Source of the DNA: Clostridia bacterium
GTDB lineage: Bacteria > Bacillota > Clostridia > UMGS1883
Length of the DNA: 64,000 nt
Assembly (NCBI GenBank): GCA_017411435.1
Contig: JAFQQD010000031.1
Location: forward strand, 99,777-163,776
Direction of reading: 5' to 3'
The position numbers and the translations under genes were made by a program. Positions 36,043-44,975 of the stretch are shown in pieces. Below the pieces are notes generated by a model. That model ran no database searches and was not told where the DNA came from. It saw nothing but the letters and a program-made list of their open reading frames with translations. Every line of letters starts with the position of its first letter. Position 1 is the first letter of the stretch.

Positions 36043-39000
36043 TGCCTAAGAATAAAGACATTAAAAAGGTACTCGTTATAGGCAGCGGCCCTATTGTAAT
36101 CGGACAGGCTGCAGAGTTTGACTACGCAGGCGCTCAGGCATGCCGTGTTCTTCGTGATGAGGGCGTGAATATCGTCCTTGTTAACTCCAATCCTGCTACA
36201 ATTATGACAGATAAGGCGCTCGCGGATGAGATTTATCTCGAGCCGCTTACAACAGATACAATCAAGAGAATTATTGAAAAGGAACGCCCCGACAGTATCC
36301 TTGCATCACTTGGCGGACAGACAGGTCTTACAATTGCGATGCAGCTTGATAAGGAAGGCTACCTTGACAAAATGGGCGTAAAACTCATCGGCACAAATGC
36401 CGAAGCGATTGACCGCGCTGAAGACCGTGAGCTTTTCAAGGAAACGATGCTCAAAATCGGTCAGAGTTGTATTCCGTCCGATATCGCAACAACTGTTGAC
36501 GATTCTCTTGCAATTGCAGAGAAAATCGGTTACCCCGTAATTGTTCGTCCCGCATTCACACTCGGTGGTGCGGGCGGCGGTGTTGCATATGACCGTGACA
36601 CACTTGCAAAAATTGCGAATAACGGTCTTACACTCTCCCCCATTACTCAGGTACTTATTGAAAAATACATTTACGGATGGAAAGAAGTAGAGTTTGAGGT
36701 TATGCGTGACCATGCAGGAAACGCTATCACTATTTGTAGCATGGAAAATGTGGACCCCGTTGGTATCCACACAGGCGACAGTATCGTTGTTGCTCCTGCA
36801 GCTACACTTTCAGATAAAGAATATTCAATGCTCAGAAAAGCGGCACTTGACATTATTACTGAACTCAAAATCGAGGGTGGATGTAACTGTCAGTTCGCAC
36901 TTAATCCCGACAGCTTTGAATACGCAGTTATTGAGGTTAACCCCCGTGTTTCCCGTTCGTCTGCTCTTGCAAGTAAGGCGACAGGCTACCCGATTGCAAA
37001 GGTTACTACAAAAATTGCGCTCGGCTACACACTTGACGAAATTAAAAACGATGTTACCGGCATAACTTATGCTTGTTTTGAGCCTGCCGTTGACTATATG
37101 GTTGTTAAATTCCCCAAGTGGCCGTTTGACAAATTTGTGTACGCCGACAGAAAACTCGGTACACAGATGAAGGCAACGGGCGAAGTAATGTCTATCGGTA
37201 ATTCATTTGAATCTGCGCTTATGAAGGCGGTTCGCGGTGCTGAACTTAAGACTGAAACTCTTTTCCATAAGGAAGTTCACGAAATTGAAGATATCGAAAA
37301 GAAACTTTACGACCTTGACGACCTTCGTATTTTTACTGTTTATGAGGCGCTTGTAAGAGGAATTAGTGTTGACAGAATCAACGAAATCACACGCATTGAC
37401 AAGTGGTTCTTATCCAAGATTAAAAATATTGTAGATTATGAAAAGAGCATCCTTGGAAATCTTACAGAGGAACTTTACGAAAAGGGTAAGAAACTCGGCT
37501 TTACCGACAAGGCACTTGAGGAAATCAGCGGATGCAAAGTTCCCACTCATAAAAACTGTGTTTACAAAATGGTTGACACCTGCGGCGGCGAATTTGCTGC
37601 AAAGACACCTTACTTCTATTCAACTTATGATGAGAACTGTGAGGCAAGAGCAGTTTCTACCAATAATAAAAAGGTTATCGTTTTAGGCTCAGGTCCCATC
37701 AGAATCGGTCAGGGTATCGAGTTTGACTACTCCTCCGTTCATTGTGTATGGGCACTCAAGGATATGGGCTACGAGGTTATTATCATAAATAACAACCCCG
37801 AAACTGTTTCAACAGACTTTGACACAGCAGACCGCCTTTACTTTGAGCCGCTTACTCCCGAAGATGTAATGAATGTTATCGAGGTTGAAAAGCCCGAGGG
37901 CGTTGTTGTTGCATTCGGTGGACAGACCGCAATCAAGCTCGTTAAATTCCTTGACGAAAGCGGCATCAAAATCCTTGGTACATCTGCAAAGAGTATCGAT
38001 ATGGCAGAAGACCGTGAGCAGTTTGACGCACTCCTTGAAAAGTTCAACATTAAGAGACCCAGTGGTCTTTCTGTAATGACAAAGGAAGAGGCTCTTAACG
38101 CTGCCGAAACACTTGGTTACCCCGTTCTTCTTCGTCCTTCATATGTAATCGGCGGTCAGAATATGACTATTGCTTATAAGGAAGAAGATGTTGTGCAGTA
38201 TATGGACATCATCCTCGCACAGAAGATTGAAAACCCCGTACTTGTCGATAAGTACATGATGGGTAAGGAGCTTGAAGTTGATATCATAAGCGATGGTAAG
38301 GATGTTCTTATCCCCGGCATTATGGAGCATGTTGAACGCGCAGGCGTACACAGTGGTGACTCCATTGCCGTATATCCCCCGTTCAATGTAACTGACAAGA
38401 TGCTTGATAAGATTGTTGACTGCTCGACAAAACTTGCACTTTCTCTTAAGACACAGGGACTTATCAACATTCAGTATGTTATATATGATAATGAACTTTA
38501 TGTAATCGAGGTTAATCCCCGTGCCTCAAGAACAGTTCCTTATATCAGTAAGGTAACAGGCATCCCCATGATTGACCTTGCAACCCAGGTTATGCAGGGA
38601 GCGTCCCTTCTTTCCCTCGGATACGGAAGCGGACTTTACAAGATGCCTCCCTACTACGCAGTTAAGGTTCCCGTTTTCTCGTTTGAAAAACTTTCGGGCA
38701 TCAACTCAATTCTTGGTCCTGAAATGAAGTCAACAGGCGAGGTGCTCGGTATTGGTAAAACTCTTAACGAAGCACTTTACAAGGGACTTATGGCGGCAGG
38801 CTTCAACCTTGAAAGCCGCGGTGGTGTATATATCAGCGTTGATTCAAAGGATAAGTATGACCTTATCGAGCTTGCAAAGAAACTCCACGATGCAGGTCTT
38901 GAGCTCTACGCCGATGAAATGAATGCGCTCATCATTGATTCGCTGGGTATTCCCGTTGAAACTGTTGACGGCGAAAAGATTTACTCACTTATCGAAAGCG

Positions 39001-40046
39001 AAAAGGTTGGTTATATCATCCACACCAATTCCGGCCGTCCCAAGGAAATCGAGAAGTTTATAAGACTTCATCGCCGTGCGCTTCAACTCAGTATCGCGTG
39101 TCTTACATCGCTTGATACTGCGCACGCACTTGCGGACATTCTTTTAAGCCGATTTAATCAGTACAATACTGAACTTACAGATATAGCGAAACTTCGTACG
39201 GAAAAACTTAACATACCCTTTATCAAGATGCAGGGTACGGGCGATGACTATATCTTCATCAACAACTTTGACGGCAAGATTGCATTCCCGGAGGCTCTTG
39301 CAATCGTATTCTCCGACCGTCACAGAGGTATCGGTGCAGACGGACTTGTTCTTATTGAAAAATCCGAGGTTGCCGATGCGAAGATGCGTATATTCAACAC
39401 AGACGGCAGCGAAGGTAAAATGGCAGGTAACTCTATCCGCTGCGTAGGTAAGTACCTTTACGATAACGGATATACAACTCACCGTCATATCACAATTGAA
39501 ACTGCAAGCGGTATCAGAAAACTTACGCTTCATCTTTTCGACCACAAGGTTACAAGCGTAACTGTTCAGATGGGCGATCCGCAGTTTGACCCCAAGGCTA
39601 TCCCCGTTGATATGCCCGGAGATAAGGTAATAAACGAAAAAGTTGCTATCGGTGGTAAGGATTATAATATAACCTGTCTTTCAATTGGTAATCCGCACTG
39701 TGTTGTTATCTGCGACAATGTGTATAACATCGATGTTAAGACAATCGGTCCCCGTTTTGAAAATGCACCTATCTTCCCTGAAAGAATCAATACTGAGTTT
39801 GTCAAGATTATTGACAAGCGCACAATCAGAATGAGAGTTTGGGAGCGCGGCAACGGTGAAACACAGGCTTGCGGTACAGGTGCCGTAGCAGCAGCAATTG
39901 CTGCAGTTGAAAACGGATACTGTGAAAAGGATACTGATATCATCGTAAGAGTTGAGGGTGGCGAGCTTATCGTCCGCTACAGTGATGAAGGCGTATTCCT
40001 GACAGGTGACGCTGAAAAGGTATTCGAAGGCATTTATGAATATTAA
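36042..40046 (+). CDS. carB: Carbamoyl-phosphate synthase large subunit, continuing in frame into a C-terminal diaminopimelate epimerase (DapF) domain.
   Basis: 1334 aa. Residues 1 to ~1066 are a full CarB: two ATP-grasp halves, the oligomerisation domain and the MGS-like domain. Residues ~1068-1334 (nt ~39225-40046) read IPFIKMQGTGDDYIF...GNSIRC...GNPHCV...ACGTGA, i.e. DapF with both catalytic Cys. The overlap with the carA stop (ATGA) suggests translational coupling. Confidence 0.85.
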   Translation: MPKNKDIKKVLVIGSGPIVIGQAAEFDYAGAQACRVLRDEGVNIVLVNSNPATIMTDKALADEIYLEPLTTDTIKRIIEKERPDSILASLGGQTGLTIAMQLDKEGYLDKMGVKLIGTNAEAIDRAEDRELFKETMLKIGQSCIPSDIATTVDDSLAIAEKIGYPVIVRPAFTLGGAGGGVAYDRDTLAKIANNGLTLSPITQVLIEKYIYGWKEVEFEVMRDHAGNAITICSMENVDPVGIHTGDSIVVAPAATLSDKEYSMLRKAALDIITELKIEGGCNCQFALNPDSFEYAVIEVNPRVSRSSALASKATGYPIAKVTTKIALGYTLDEIKNDVTGITYACFEPAVDYMVVKFPKWPFDKFVYADRKLGTQMKATGEVMSIGNSFESALMKAVRGAELKTETLFHKEVHEIEDIEKKLYDLDDLRIFTVYEALVRGISVDRINEITRIDKWFLSKIKNIVDYEKSILGNLTEELYEKGKKLGFTDKALEEISGCKVPTHKNCVYKMVDTCGGEFAAKTPYFYSTYDENCEARAVSTNNKKVIVLGSGPIRIGQGIEFDYSSVHCVWALKDMGYEVIIINNNPETVSTDFDTADRLYFEPLTPEDVMNVIEVEKPEGVVVAFGGQTAIKLVKFLDESGIKILGTSAKSIDMAEDREQFDALLEKFNIKRPSGLSVMTKEEALNAAETLGYPVLLRPSYVIGGQNMTIAYKEEDVVQYMDIILAQKIENPVLVDKYMMGKELEVDIISDGKDVLIPGIMEHVERAGVHSGDSIAVYPPFNVTDKMLDKIVDCSTKLALSLKTQGLINIQYVIYDNELYVIEVNPRASRTVPYISKVTGIPMIDLATQVMQGASLLSLGYGSGLYKMPPYYAVKVPVFSFEKLSGINSILGPEMKSTGEVLGIGKTLNEALYKGLMAAGFNLESRGGVYISVDSKDKYDLIELAKKLHDAGLELYADEMNALIIDSLGIPVETVDGEKIYSLIESEKVGYIIHTNSGRPKEIEKFIRLHRRALQLSIACLTSLDTAHALADILLSRFNQYNTELTDIAKLRTEKLNIPFIKMQGTGDDYIFINNFDGKIAFPEALAIVFSDRHRGIGADGLVLIEKSEVADAKMRIFNTDGSEGKMAGNSIRCVGKYLYDNGYTTHRHITIETASGIRKLTLHLFDHKVTSVTVQMGDPQFDPKAIPVDMPGDKVINEKVAIGGKDYNITCLSIGNPHCVVICDNVYNIDVKTIGPRFENAPIFPERINTEFVKIIDKRTIRMRVWERGNGETQACGTGAVAAAIAAVENGYCEKDTDIIVRVEGGELIVRYSDEGVFLTGDAEKVFEGIYEY

Positions 40047-40073
40047 GCGGTTGGCAGCGCCAACCTTTCGTTT
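40047..40073 (+). terminator. Intrinsic terminator after carB.
   Basis: GCGGTTGGCagcGCCAACCtttcgttt. Confidence 0.65.
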
Positions 40074-40079
40074 AAGTTT

Positions 40080-40134
40080 GGGGACAGGTCAATTTTTGTT
40101 ACGCCTGCGGCTTACAAAAATGTCCCCGTCCCCC
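40080..40134. repeat. GC-rich REP-like long imperfect palindrome (GGGGACAGG...CCCCGTCCCC), copy 1.
   Basis: GGGGACAGGTCAATTTTTGTTacgcctgcggcTTACAAAAATGTCCCCGTCCCC. A related copy is at 46187-46275. Confidence 0.7.
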
Positions 40135-40214
40135 TTAACACCCCCTACATTTAATGAATAACTATGTATAAATTCAACGATTTTTTGCATATTTCCAAAA
40201 AATTATGAATTTTT

Positions 40215-40255
40215 ATGCAAAAATTCTTGCATAATTATGCAAACAGTGTTATACT
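40215..40255 (+). promoter_or_regulatory. argG promoter with an embedded ARG-box-like palindrome.
   Basis: ATGCAAaaattcTTGCAT (40215-40232). -35 TTGCAT (40227-40232), a 17-nt spacer, then -10 TATACT (40250-40255). The RBS is AAAGGAG. Confidence 0.55.
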
Positions 40256-40297
40256 GATACCAATCAATAAGCAATCTATATAAAAGGAGTCTTAAAA

Positions 40298-41518
40298 ATG
40301 GATAAGAAAGATATCAAAAAAGTAGTTCTTGCCTACTCAGGCGGTCTTGACACATCAATCATTATTCCGTGGCTTAAGGAAAACTACAACAACTGTGAAG
40401 TTGTTGCAGTGGCAGGTAATGTTGGTCAGAATGATGAACTTGACGGTCTTGAAGAAAAGGCAATAAAGACAGGTGCATCAAAACTTTATGTACTTGACCT
40501 TACAGATGACTATGTAGACAACTACATCATCCCCACAATGAAGGCAGGCGCAATTTACGAGGAATATCTCCTCGGTACAAGCCATGCGCGTCCCTGTATT
40601 GCAAAGGGTCTTGTAGACATCGCAATCAAGGAAAATGCTGACGCTATCTGCCACGGCTGTACAGGTAAGGGTAATGACCAGGTTCGTTTTGAACTTGCTA
40701 TCAAGCATTTCGCTCCTGAAATGCCCGTTATTGCTCCCTGGCGTGAATGGGACATCAAGTCTCGTGACGAAGAAATCGACTATGCAGAAGCTCACAATGT
40801 TCCTCTTAAGATAAACCGTGAAACAAACTATTCAAAGGATAAGAACCTCTGGCATTTAAGCCACGAAGGTCTTGACCTCGAAGATACAGGTAACGAGCCG
40901 CAGTACGAGAAGGAAGGCTTCCTTGAAATGGGTGTATCTCCCGTTACTGCTCCCGATGAACCCACTTACATCACAATCGATTTTGAAAAGGGTGTTCCCG
41001 TAGCATTCAACGATAAGAAGATGAGCGCGAAGGAAATTATCCTTGCACTTAACGAAGTTGGCGGCAAGAACGGTATCGGTATCCTTGACATCGTTGAAAA
41101 CCGTCTTGTTGGTATGAAGTGCCGTGGTGTATATGAAACTCCCGGCGGTGCAATTCTTTACAAGGCACACAGCGTTCTTGAATCAATCTGCCTTGACAGA
41201 ATGACACTTCACCACAAGCAGCGTCTTGCAATCACATTTGCAGAACTTGTTTACGATGGTCAGTGGTTCACTCCCCTTCGCGAGGCTCTCAGCGCATTCG
41301 TTGACAAGACACAGGAAAATGTTACAGGTAAGGTAAGACTTAAACTTTACAAGGGTAATATGATTAACGCAGGTGTATGGAGTGACTACAGCCTTTATTC
41401 TGAAGAAATCGCAACATTTGGTGAAAGCGATTACAATCAGAAGGATGCTGAAGGATTTATCAACCTTTACGGTCTTCCCATTGCTGTACAGGCTATGGTT
41501 GATGCAAAAAATAAATAA
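40298..41518 (+). CDS. argG: Argininosuccinate synthase.
   Basis: 406 aa. N-terminal PP-loop AYSGGLDTS. Confidence 0.95.
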   Translation: MDKKDIKKVVLAYSGGLDTSIIIPWLKENYNNCEVVAVAGNVGQNDELDGLEEKAIKTGASKLYVLDLTDDYVDNYIIPTMKAGAIYEEYLLGTSHARPCIAKGLVDIAIKENADAICHGCTGKGNDQVRFELAIKHFAPEMPVIAPWREWDIKSRDEEIDYAEAHNVPLKINRETNYSKDKNLWHLSHEGLDLEDTGNEPQYEKEGFLEMGVSPVTAPDEPTYITIDFEKGVPVAFNDKKMSAKEIILALNEVGGKNGIGILDIVENRLVGMKCRGVYETPGGAILYKAHSVLESICLDRMTLHHKQRLAITFAELVYDGQWFTPLREALSAFVDKTQENVTGKVRLKLYKGNMINAGVWSDYSLYSEEIATFGESDYNQKDAEGFINLYGLPIAVQAMVDAKNK

Positions 41519-41752
41519 GGATGTATAAAAACAGCACCGACCGCATAAAGCATCGTTTTTTATAATTATTAAGCGTGTGCTAAAAGCGAGGTTTTATCGG
41601 TTGGTTGAAATTCGCAAAACGAATTTTTCCGAATATGTGCTTTATGCTACGGACAAACTTCACCTCTCGCTGTATCACATACAGCGTCGGGCAAGCCCTC
41701 GCGGGTTCAGTTTGTTCGTTCTGCACTATTTTTCTCCATCCTAAATCACATA

Positions 41753-41796
41753 CTGTAGCAAGGTGAAAATCACCTTGCTACAGTTTACTATTATTT
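41753..41796 (+). terminator. Strong leader hairpin plus T-rich tract immediately upstream of the argH RBS. Candidate attenuator.
   Basis: CTGTAGCAAGGTGAaaaTCACCTTGCTACAG is a perfect 14-bp stem. It is followed by TTTACTATTATTT and then AAGGAGG and ATG 41811. Confidence 0.6.
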
Positions 41797-41810
41797 AAGG
41801 AGGTATTCCT

Positions 41811-43181
41811 ATGGACAAAATGTGGGCAGGGCGTTTTTCAAAGGCGCTCGATAAAGAGGCGGATGACTTTAACTCTTCCATACATTTTGACTGCAAAATG
41901 TATAAGCAGGATATAAAAGGCTCGATTGCACACGCAACTATGCTTGCTGAGTGCAACATTATTTCAAAGAGTGATGCAGACGCTATCATTAAAGGGCTTG
42001 AAGGTATTTTAACCGACCTTGAAAGTGGCGCTCTCGGTTTTGATTTTGATGCCGAAGATATACATATGTTTGTGGAAGCTGAACTTACAAAGCGCATCGG
42101 CGATGTCGGTAAAAGGCTTCATACCGCAAGAAGCCGTAACGATCAGGTTGCGCTTGATATCCGTCTTTTTATGCGTGATGAGGCAAACGATATTATCGCG
42201 CTTATTAAAAAACTGCTTTCTGCAATACTTGTTCAGGCAGAGGCGAATAAGGAGACAATTCTCCCCGGTTACACTCATCTTCAGCGTGCGCAACCGATTA
42301 TGTTTGCACATCACTTATGCGCATACGCGATGATGTTCATCCGCGATATCGGAAGAATTGAGGATGCGCTCAAAAGAATGAACTTCTCCCCCTTAGGTTC
42401 CTGCGCGCTTGCAGGAACAACCTACGAAACAAACCGCGATATGACAGCTTCGCTTCTGGGTTTTGACGGAATCACACTCAACAGTATTGACGGTGTCTCT
42501 GACCGTGATTTCTGTGTTGAACTGATGAGTGCATTTGCTCTTATTATGACACATCTTTCGCGTTTTGCCGAGGAAGTAATCCTCTGGTCATCGTGGGAAT
42601 TTAAGTTCGTTGAACTTGACGATTCATACACAACGGGTTCATCCATAATGCCGCAGAAAAAGAATCCCGATATGGCAGAGCTTGTCCGCGGTAAGACGGG
42701 CAGAGTCTACGGCGACCTCATGGCGATGCTTACAATTCTCAAAGGTCTTCCCCTTGCGTACAACAAGGATATGCAGGAAGATAAGGAAGCCATTTTTGAT
42801 AGCAGCGAAACTGTTAAGAAGTGCCTTAGCGTATTCGCGCCGATGATTGAGACAATGTCTGTTCGCGCAGACAAAATGTATGCTGCTGCAGGCGAAGGCT
42901 TCATCAATGCGACAGACCTTGCAGACTATCTTGTTAAGAAAGGTCAGCCTTTCAGAAGTGCTTATAAGACGGTAGGACAGATTGTCGGCAAGTGTGTTGC
43001 TGAAGGAAAGACACTTGAAACACTTACTCTTTCAGAATACAAAAAGTTTGACAATCTTTTCGAAGAAGATTTGTATGCTGATATCGACCTTAAGAACTGC
43101 GCAGAAAAGCGTATTTCAGCAGGCGGTACATCGGTAGAATCGATAAACAAACAAATTGAATATATAAAGAGATTTGTATAA
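41811..43181 (+). CDS. argH: Argininosuccinate lyase.
   Basis: 456 aa. Fumarate lyase signature GSSIMPQKKNP. Confidence 0.95.
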   Translation: MDKMWAGRFSKALDKEADDFNSSIHFDCKMYKQDIKGSIAHATMLAECNIISKSDADAIIKGLEGILTDLESGALGFDFDAEDIHMFVEAELTKRIGDVGKRLHTARSRNDQVALDIRLFMRDEANDIIALIKKLLSAILVQAEANKETILPGYTHLQRAQPIMFAHHLCAYAMMFIRDIGRIEDALKRMNFSPLGSCALAGTTYETNRDMTASLLGFDGITLNSIDGVSDRDFCVELMSAFALIMTHLSRFAEEVILWSSWEFKFVELDDSYTTGSSIMPQKKNPDMAELVRGKTGRVYGDLMAMLTILKGLPLAYNKDMQEDKEAIFDSSETVKKCLSVFAPMIETMSVRADKMYAAAGEGFINATDLADYLVKKGQPFRSAYKTVGQIVGKCVAEGKTLETLTLSEYKKFDNLFEEDLYADIDLKNCAEKRISAGGTSVESINKQIEYIKRFV

Positions 43182-43190
43182 GAAAGGGCA

Positions 43191-43230
43191 AAAAGCGGTG
43201 CAATACAAAAGTATTGCACCGCTTTTTTAT
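43191..43230. terminator. Bidirectional terminator after argH.
   Basis: aaaaaGCGGTGCAATACaaaaGTATTGCACCGCtttttta. Confidence 0.85.
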
Positions 43231-43431
43231 AAAGGATGTAAGGTTTAGAGCCAACTCCTCCAAGGCTTCTCCTTGAGGAGAGGCTCCGCTGTAGGCGGTG
43301 GTGAGGTGTAGATTGCAAAGCAATTGTTATTCTATTTCCACCTCATCCGAGTTGCTTCGCAACCCACCTTCCCCTCAAGGGGAAGGCATTCTTTACTTCG
43401 ACTTTTTTCGAGATCTTTGCCATGTTTATAC

Positions 43432-44178
43432 TCAAGTAAAAATCAATTCGCCCTCGTGTAAGCACGCTTTATTATGATTCTCTGCCTTTCTTATTATTCC
43501 CATCGGTGTTTGTTGCCTTTCCTGTCCCAGCGGATTATCCTTAAGAATTTTTACCATCAGTTCTCTATCAATATTTTTAGGATATGCACCAAGAATTTGT
43601 CCGTCAAGATCATTGATGTCAGTAATAATAACAGATACTCCGCCTAACATATACGAGATTTTTCTTGCTACATAGTCAGGCTCGGCAGGACCAAGTACTA
43701 CATACTCATTATATGGCGGTATAGTACAATCACATGGTCCGTCAATACTACGCGCACGATAGCCGGCAATATTGTAAAACCATCCTCTTTTTCCTAAAAC
43801 TTTACCAATTGCAGATATCGCTGCTGCAAAGAGTATCCTTATTGTTCCACATTCCCGAAGAGCCATTTCCATAGTTTCAGGGATTCCCAAGCCTATTCCA
43901 TGTGGTGTCTTCAGCACAAATTTACACAAAAATTTTGCAAGACGCCCAGGCTTTATGTCTTTCATCGGGATTGCTCTCCCCTGAGTGCATGCTACTATTT
44001 TTTCAGTAATGAAAAGAATATCCCCTTTCTGCAGATGTTTCTTCGCATACTGCTCGGCAACATTGCAGATATCATCTTTATCTGTTATGATATGCGTCTT
44101 TATTGCAAATCTTAGATAAGTGTCTGAATCAATTTTAATATTTTCCTTCTTGTTTTCATTAACTATTAAACTATCCAT
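43432..44178 (-). CDS. CofE/F420-0:gamma-glutamyl ligase-family protein of unknown role.
   Basis: 248 aa. The motifs DILFITEKIVACTQGRAIP...GIGLGIPE...TMEMALRE resemble the F420_ligase (CofE-like) fold. No other F420 genes are nearby. Confidence 0.5.
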   Translation of the reverse strand: MDSLIVNENKKENIKIDSDTYLRFAIKTHIITDKDDICNVAEQYAKKHLQKGDILFITEKIVACTQGRAIPMKDIKPGRLAKFLCKFVLKTPHGIGLGIPETMEMALRECGTIRILFAAAISAIGKVLGKRGWFYNIAGYRARSIDGPCDCTIPPYNEYVVLGPAEPDYVARKISYMLGGVSVIITDINDLDGQILGAYPKNIDRELMVKILKDNPLGQERQQTPMGIIRKAENHNKACLHEGELIFT

Positions 44179-44278
44179 ATATTCGCCCCCTCAATACATC
44201 ATTTGTTGTATTTTTAAGCATATTATACAACAAATGATGTACTATGTCAATATAAATTCTTTTGGGAGGATTCTTTAT

Positions 44279-44497
44279 ATGGCGTACTATCCTAGATTAA
44301 AAGATTTGCGCGAAGACCACGAATTAACACAGAACCAACTTGTAAAAATTCTTGGCATGCACAAAACTACTTACACCAATTATGAACAGGGAAAAAGAGA
44401 AATTCCTTTTGAACTCGTGATTAAACTTGCAAAATTATATAATGTATCTATTGATTACATTGCAGGGTTGAAAAAGGAGCCTAAAAAACTGATTTAA
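44279..44497 (+). CDS. XRE-family helix-turn-helix transcriptional regulator.
   Basis: 72 aa from ATG 44279 (RBS GGGAGGA); the annotated ORF starts at 44120. Cro/C1-type HTH: LTQNQLVKILGMHKTTYTNYEQGKREIPFELVIKLAKLYNVSIDYI. Confidence 0.8.
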   Translation: MAYYPRLKDLREDHELTQNQLVKILGMHKTTYTNYEQGKREIPFELVIKLAKLYNVSIDYIAGLKKEPKKLI

Positions 44498-44549
44498 CAC
44501 AAAAATTGGCAACGACTATGTCGTTGCCAATTTTCACTATATGATATTT

Positions 44550-44975
44550 TCATTTTCTGATTTTCAATTTTTCAAGTACTCTTCTGGAATATCTTTTTAT
44601 AACTCGTTTATAGAGAGTCTTCTCAGCAAGTTTGGAATACTCCGCATACGCCTCGTCTTCCCTGCCGATATATTTATCTTCCTGATAAAAGCCCTCAAGC
44701 ATACCGACAATATCGCTTTCCTTAACGGTAGTTTCGAGCACTCCGCGGTTATCAGCGCATATAATATAGCCTTTTTTCGTGACCTTTACAATGCGGTGCA
44801 TTGTGTAGTGCCCCTGTTTTCTGTAAACGGGAATGTCATGCTTTTTAAGCGGAAACACAGGCGGAACTATTACCACTTTATCGCGTCCCTCGACAAGCAT
44901 GGGATTCATACTGTCACCCTTTGTCTGCGTAACATATATTCCGTTTTGTTTTAAGCTTTCTTCAAGACCCAGCAT
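44550..44975 (-). CDS. S24/S26-type (LexA/signal-peptidase-like) peptidase-domain protein without an HTH.
   Basis: 141 aa. GDSMNPML Ser motif with a downstream basic residue candidate (RIVKVTKKG). In an operon with, and overlapping, the upstream amidohydrolase gene. Confidence 0.45.
   Translation of the reverse strand: MLGLEESLKQNGIYVTQTKGDSMNPMLVEGRDKVVIVPPVFPLKKHDIPVYRKQGHYTMHRIVKVTKKGYIICADNRGVLETTVKESDIVGMLEGFYQEDKYIGREDEAYAEYSKLAEKTLYKRVIKRYSRRVLEKLKIRK

Noticed and set aside
43231-43431. Assigning the structured segment after argH to 6S RNA, SRP RNA, tmRNA or RNase P RNA.
   Set aside because: None of the diagnostic conserved cores was found. These are the SRP domain IV GGAAGCAGCC-like motif, the tmRNA tag ORF with terminal ACCA, and the RNase P AGGAAAGUCCGGGCUCC motif. 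It is left as an unclassified structured region.
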